NCBI GenBank assembly: GCA_002794465.1
Contig: MTSL01000213.1
Span: 90,257 to 113,412, forward strand
Origin: Paramicrosporidium saccamoebae KSL3
Lineage: Eukaryota; Fungi; Cryptomycota
Direction of reading: 5' to 3'
DNA length: 23,156 bases
In this document: positions 18,693-23,156 of the stretch, piece after piece
How the letters are laid out: every line of letters starts with the position of its first letter
How positions within the stretch are numbered: position 1 is the first letter of the stretch
Translations under genes and position numbers: made by a program
The notes under the pieces: generated by a model
Told to the model about the DNA's origin: nothing
The model's database searches: none
Seen by the model: the letters and a program-made list of their open reading frames with translations, nothing else

Positions 18693-19888
18693 TTAGAGAG
18701 AATACACGGATGTGGACTTTGCCTCTTCCTTTGAACTCAAGCTATGCTTTCTTAGTAGCTGGCATTCCCCGCCCTTTTCAAAATCAATGGAAAAAACTAA
18801 AAAGAACCCATCGGCCGTCACAACCATCACTTGAGGCACCACACTACATCTTATCAGTTCCACCTGATAGAATTACCTGCTGAGAGCACAGAGACTAGCG
18901 ACATTTCCGGTGGGGAGTTTCAGATGCGCGAAATCTCGGGTCGATTCCAGTGCCTCTCCTACTCGCTCTGGTAAAAAAGAGCTCATTAGATGGGATCCTG
19001 AAGGCGAGGAAGCAGCCAGCTTAAAGATGTGCACAGTATCAGAGTCGCTTGTTACGCAAAGCATGTTCGACTGCATGTTAAAGGAAAGACAGTGGATGGT
19101 GGCTGGATAGGTTCCTCGTCGCAGTTGATGCAGCTTCTGTCCATTAATGGCGTTAAAAACTCGCAATATTGTTCCTCTATCTGAGGCTGTAGCCAGCAAA
19201 GTCCCATCGATATTGAATGCGAGCTTGGACACTGGTGTGCGATGCGCCTGAATGACACACACGGGCTGCAAGGTGAGGGTATTGAAGACCTGAATAGATC
19301 CATCGTGTTCGCCAGATGGATAGGCTAAAAAGGGCGGATCTGCAGTAGGGGACATGGCACTGACTCCTACAAAGCAGCTTAGCTGTCAGTTGATTCTGGA
19401 ACTACCCGTGGGATTGGTCGCTGTTTCTATTGTGTGGATAATCTTCATGGTGCTCAGGTCGTAAATATGGATTTTCTCGTCAAGGACAACCACAAGACGC
19501 TTTCGATTCATGTGAACCGAAAGGACCTTGGTAGGGAAATTAAGCTCACAGACTACAGTCTGCCTCTTTGTGTTAATAACCTGGAGTTTCCGGGGAGAAA
19601 AAGTGGGAGGCTCGCCCGCACCCGCGATTGCCACTAAACTTGAGCTAAACAGCATCTCACATATTCCGGCTGCTCCATCCTCTACAACTATTATTACAAG
19701 CCGAAATGTTGCACCGCGTTCATAACACTTTCCAAATGGTTCACAATTGTAAATACGAAAACCCCGACGCGTCCCCACCGATAAACAACTACAACATGTA
19801 CAGTAATTATGGTTGAATACCTAAAGTCCTGATTAAAGTTTACATATAAAAGCTCCTGCTCTGGACCCGCTAGTACTCCACAATTCAT
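18693..19888 (-). CDS. ATG18: PROPPIN autophagy protein Atg18/WIPI; introns 19789-19820, 19682-19714, 19367-19405, 18844-18876
   Basis: Spliced [67 protein letters not shown] lipid-binding motif, final exon [11 protein letters not shown]. Confidence 0.95.
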
Positions 19889-19904
19889 CGTCACAGTAGG
19901 GGCG

Positions 19905-20485
19905 ATGGCCAAGGTTCTGATTGGCGTGACTGGGAGCGTCGCTTCAATCAAATTATCCGAGCTTCTCGATAAGCTGCACGCTTCAGTTTCCAAAGTCGAT
20001 GTAAAGGTGGTGGCCACAAAAAATGCTTGCCACTTTCTTCCAGCTCTTACTTGCGGCCCGGTGCTGCTCGATGAAGACGAATGGCGCCTATGGAGGAGTC
20101 GCGGAGATCCAGTCTTGCATATTGAAGTACATTGTCGATATAAGGTTTAAATGCTTAGCTCAGAAAGTGGGCGGACATTCTTCTAATTGCTCCGTTGGAT
20201 GCCAATACTCTTGCCAAGTGTGCCAATGGCATCTGTGACAATCTGGTAACCAATGTTATAAGAGCCTGGGATTTTTCCAAGCCGATCATCGCCTGTCCAG
20301 CCATGAATACAGCCATGTGGGATAACCCATTGACGGTCACCCAGCTTGAAACTTTGCGCAATCTGGGATACACCATTCTTCCACCGCAAGAAAAATTGCT
20401 CGTCTGCGGAGATGTTGGAATGGGCGCAATGGCAAGCACGGATGACATTGTATCAGCCGTTACCGACGCTATCGGTAGGCAATAG
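19905..20485 (+). CDS. Phosphopantothenoylcysteine decarboxylase (HFCD flavoprotein); exons 19905-20126, 20159-20485
   Basis: VLIGVTGSVASIK, VLHIE-LRKWAD...APLDANTLAK, PAMNTAMW, LVCGDVGMGAM; 32-nt intron. Confidence 0.94.
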
Positions 20486-20661
20486 GAAGAGAGTGTACAG
20501 GGGGATATGCAACAGCGCATCATGTCATATCGTACCATATGCTATATCACATGTCGTATAATGTCAATAATACTTGCGAAACAGGGATCATGGGTCTTTA
20601 TGACATACACAAATCTCACAAATAGCAATATTTCTTCTTTATAACCATCCAGCAGTACAAT

Positions 20662-21057
20662 TTAGAGCTCAGACTTGTCCATACTATCCCATACAAGATC
20701 ATCCTCTTCGATAGCTTCAATGCGCCAATTATCCTTCTCGGCTTCCAGCTCTTTGACGTCCACCTTTGTCATGTTGGCGACCAGGAACTTGATATACGAC
20801 TCATTAACGGTTTCAGTAATGGCACATTTTCTAGTCTCAAGCCACTTTGTTACTCCATCGAAATGCGCAGTCTCAGCATCGTCGTGGAAGCTAATCAGCC
20901 AAGGCTCGACATTAGTATCGACATTCAGTCCAGCTGTGTCTACCGCCTTCTCGATGGGAGATTCAGAATGTTCCTCTTCCTTTTTGCATTGCACAATACA
21001 TAGGAGAAGCACGAATGCAACTAATACGGAGCGAGATAGAAAGGAGAGAACTCTCAT
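20662..21057 (-). CDS. Small secretory-pathway protein, peptidase inhibitor I9 (subtilisin-propeptide)-like, C-terminal KSEL
   Basis: Signal peptide MRVLSFLSRSVLVAFVLLLCIVQC; WLISF...FLVANMT..DVKEL...IEAIEEDDLV pattern resembles I9; ends DKSEL*. Confidence 0.65.
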   Translation of the reverse strand: MRVLSFLSRSVLVAFVLLLCIVQCKKEEEHSESPIEKAVDTAGLNVDTNVEPWLISFHDDAETAHFDGVTKWLETRKCAITETVNESYIKFLVANMTKVDVKELEAEKDNWRIEAIEEDDLVWDSMDKSEL

Positions 21058-21086
21058 GTCAGTTAGAGTCTTAATTTGTGTCTCGA

Positions 21087-21096
21087 TCTGATTGGT
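21087..21096. promoter_or_regulatory. Reverse CCAAT box in divergent promoter
   Basis: TCTGATTGGT between the ATGs at 21057 (-) and 21158 (+). Confidence 0.5.
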
Positions 21097-21157
21097 TATC
21101 GCCGTTGTCTTTATTTATTGGCCATTGCCATCATGGCACTAGTTGTCAAAATCAACC

Positions 21158-22306
21158 ATGGCGTTTGCCTTTCCAGATACCAACACTGAACGGTTTGACC
21201 TCTCTAAAATACTGGTGGACAGCACTACATTTCCCCTGGAGTATGTGAAGGCTGCTAATACAGCTCGCCAGCGAATGTGCGACACTCTTGTTGTGCAGCC
21301 TGCCACACAAGCCGCCCTTGATTCTATAGAAGAATATTTACCTTACCTGCAATACATTATTGACAAGGAAGAAAAACTGGACTATTCAGATAAAAAGATG
21401 AAATTCAGCTGGAGGTCGGTGCTCTCCAAGGGAATACGCATGTCTTTGCGTGAGTCGATTATTGAAAAGCCGATAGTGCGTTTTTCAACAATCTGGTTCG
21501 AGGCCATGTATGTCCTACTTGCATATGGTTTCACTCTTGCTAATATGGCGAACAAACGCCTGGGAAGCTCACCCTCTTCAGCGACTGAATCCGCTTACAC
21601 CGAAGCTGCAGATCTTTTTTCCCGTGCCTCTGGTGTTTTTCGTATCGCCGGCCTTTCGTGGGGGGCACGTTGGACTGATAAGAAAGATGCACCTCCCGAA
21701 TGTAGTGCCGAGATGGTGAGTCTACTCAGTCAACTGATGATCGCAGAAGCAAACAGAGCGGCCCTTTCAAAAGCAGAACGCCGTGGAATGTCGCCAGCTA
21801 CTCTAATCAAAGTCGGTTCAGCCGTAATCAGCAGTTTTGATGAGTGCATCAGCTTGGTGAGACTTGCAAACAAGCGTGATTCTTCTGAGCTTGCGGACAC
21901 TTTCAAGTCCTACATCGAAGACGGCAGTCGATTGGCCGAAGCGGCTGTCCTAAAACGCTTTGGTTCTGTGAAACACGAAGAAGGAGAGAACGGTGTCGCT
22001 GTTGCAGCAATGACTCTAGCTCATAATCAATTACTGAAATGTGCTAGTTCTGACTGGGCTCCTTATAAGAAAATGGCAAAAGATCAATTACCAGAGGTAG
22101 AGGAATTACGGAGTACATTTGTTCGTCTCAACAACAATATAACCTATCAGCGCGTACCCGAACTAGGAGAAGTTAAGGGCCTTTTACCTCCAGGATTTGC
22201 AATTGTGGAACAGAAAGGATTTATTCTTCCTCCTATCGTGGAACCCGAGCGCTCTGAAAAACTTAAGCCACTGGAACCGCCCGAGCCTTCTGAAGATCCC
22301 AAGTAG
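21158..22306 (+). CDS. Bro1-like domain protein, PalC-like
   Basis: MAFAFPDT start, ALDSIEEYLPYL, FSWRSVLS, FEAMYVLLAYGFTLAN, A.DLFSRASGVF, F.RLNNNITYQRVP: Bro1-domain features with no V domain. Confidence 0.7.
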   Translation: MAFAFPDTNTERFDLSKILVDSTTFPLEYVKAANTARQRMCDTLVVQPATQAALDSIEEYLPYLQYIIDKEEKLDYSDKKMKFSWRSVLSKGIRMSLRESIIEKPIVRFSTIWFEAMYVLLAYGFTLANMANKRLGSSPSSATESAYTEAADLFSRASGVFRIAGLSWGARWTDKKDAPPECSAEMVSLLSQLMIAEANRAALSKAERRGMSPATLIKVGSAVISSFDECISLVRLANKRDSSELADTFKSYIEDGSRLAEAAVLKRFGSVKHEEGENGVAVAAMTLAHNQLLKCASSDWAPYKKMAKDQLPEVEELRSTFVRLNNNITYQRVPELGEVKGLLPPGFAIVEQKGFILPPIVEPERSEKLKPLEPPEPSEDPK

Positions 22307-22396
22307 AAGCTAAATAGAATTTTTAAGCATGTATCTGGTGTGAAGTGGTAGGATGTTTAGCTGGATGCTAGGTATTTATCTAATGGTTGAAAATAT

Positions 22397-22442
22397 CGAC
22401 TCTCCAATGTTTGGACACTATGCCGGCGAGTCCATACCAACT
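22397..22442 (+). repeat. Dispersed repeat module C, copy 2
   Basis: 11-bp exact block plus a 25-bp block with 3 mismatches against the reverse complement of 956-993. Confidence 0.7.
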
Positions 22443-22590
22443 GACAATTCCCTGTTACCCATAACCATAGTACATCGACACCGTGATATACCTCCTCCTC
22501 CACGCAGTATTTGGTATCTCACATAGAATAGTTTTGCTTTTCCGTTATAACGGTAGCACCCCTTGTAGTCCCTTGGCGGGTCCTTGCTAA

Positions 22591-23156
22591 ATGACTGCAG
22601 CAGTCCCTTTGGATGTGGCTACCTTTCAGGCGCGTCTTCAGCGATTCCGAGCCGTCTGGAAAACTTGTTCTGCAAATGAGGACGGTCTAGGGAAATGCGA
22701 CGCAGTAATGCTAAACTTGGGAGCCCCCAGCGACTTTACAGTGTATCAAAAAACAACCGCCATGTTTTCTTGGCTTCTTGGCTATGAATTCCCTGAAACC
22801 AGCCTGATCATTACTCGAAAGCAAGTTGTATTTCTGACAAGCCAGCGCAAAGGTGCCATCTTGGATGCTCTGGTATCTTCAAATGACGACGTTATTGTAT
22901 TGAAACGGGACAAAGAGGCCGGACGTGGTTCCGAGTGCTTTGAGAAACTTTGGAAAATTATTGAAGATGCCTCCAGTGGGGGTCCAACGACAATTAGGCT
23001 TGGGGTCATCTCCAAGGATAAGAATGAGGGCATGATGATCGGAGAATGGAAATCATTTGTACAGGGACGTGCACATGAAAGTGTGGATGTTACAGCTGAT
23101 ATCGGGTCTGCCCTTGCGATTAAAGACCCTCAAGAACTTGAGAATATCCATTCAGC
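22591..23156 (+). CDS. SPT16: FACT complex subunit Spt16, 5' part (runs off the window)
   Basis: Manual translation from ATG 22591: F..RL..F...W, YQKTTAMFSWLLGYEFPET, VFLTSQRK, KD...G..IGEWK, VDVTADIGSALAIKD.QELENI. Confidence 0.95.
   Translation, partial: MTAAVPLDVATFQARLQRFRAVWKTCSANEDGLGKCDAVMLNLGAPSDFTVYQKTTAMFSWLLGYEFPETSLIITRKQVVFLTSQRKGAILDALVSSNDDVIVLKRDKEAGRGSECFEKLWKIIEDASSGGPTTIRLGVISKDKNEGMMIGEWKSFVQGRAHESVDVTADIGSALAIKDPQELENIHS

Noticed and set aside
20675-21091. 138-aa antisense ORF and the many other short antisense ORFs inside conserved genes
   Set aside because: Shadow frames of well-supported genes on the opposite strand; many rely on non-ATG starts.
22307-22590. Possible small gene before SPT16 (about 57-aa plus-strand ORF)
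   Set aside because: No recognisable motif, and it overlaps repeat module C.

Overview
Gene-dense eukaryotic DNA, not prokaryotic. About 17-19 protein genes are packed with spacers as short as 16 bp and interrupted by GT-AG mini-introns, mostly 29-39 nt, so the ORF track fragments many genes. Mitochondrial genes (MPP-beta, PET191/COA5) alongside fungal-type genes (PalC-like, Hst3/4-like, FIT) suggest, by inference, an early-diverging fungal/Rozellomycota genome resembling Paramicrosporidium. Genes in order: QDPR, Syo1/HEATR3-like, CRAL-TRIO, orphan secreted 575-aa protein, MPP-beta, PET191/COA5, small hypothetical, FIT, CTU2, RPS6, EFM4, orphan with an H3-like segment, CAF-1 large subunit, TFIIF alpha, Hst3/4 sirtuin, ATG18, PPCDC, secreted I9-like protein, PalC/Bro1-like, SPT16 (partial). 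Non-coding highlights: (1) a probable RNase P/MRP RNA at about 10295-10605; (2) a modular dispersed repeat family found in nearly every long intergenic gap, including one MITE-like unit bounded by inverted repeats at about 4046-4397; (3) a 29-bp tandem array and a hexamer repeat.
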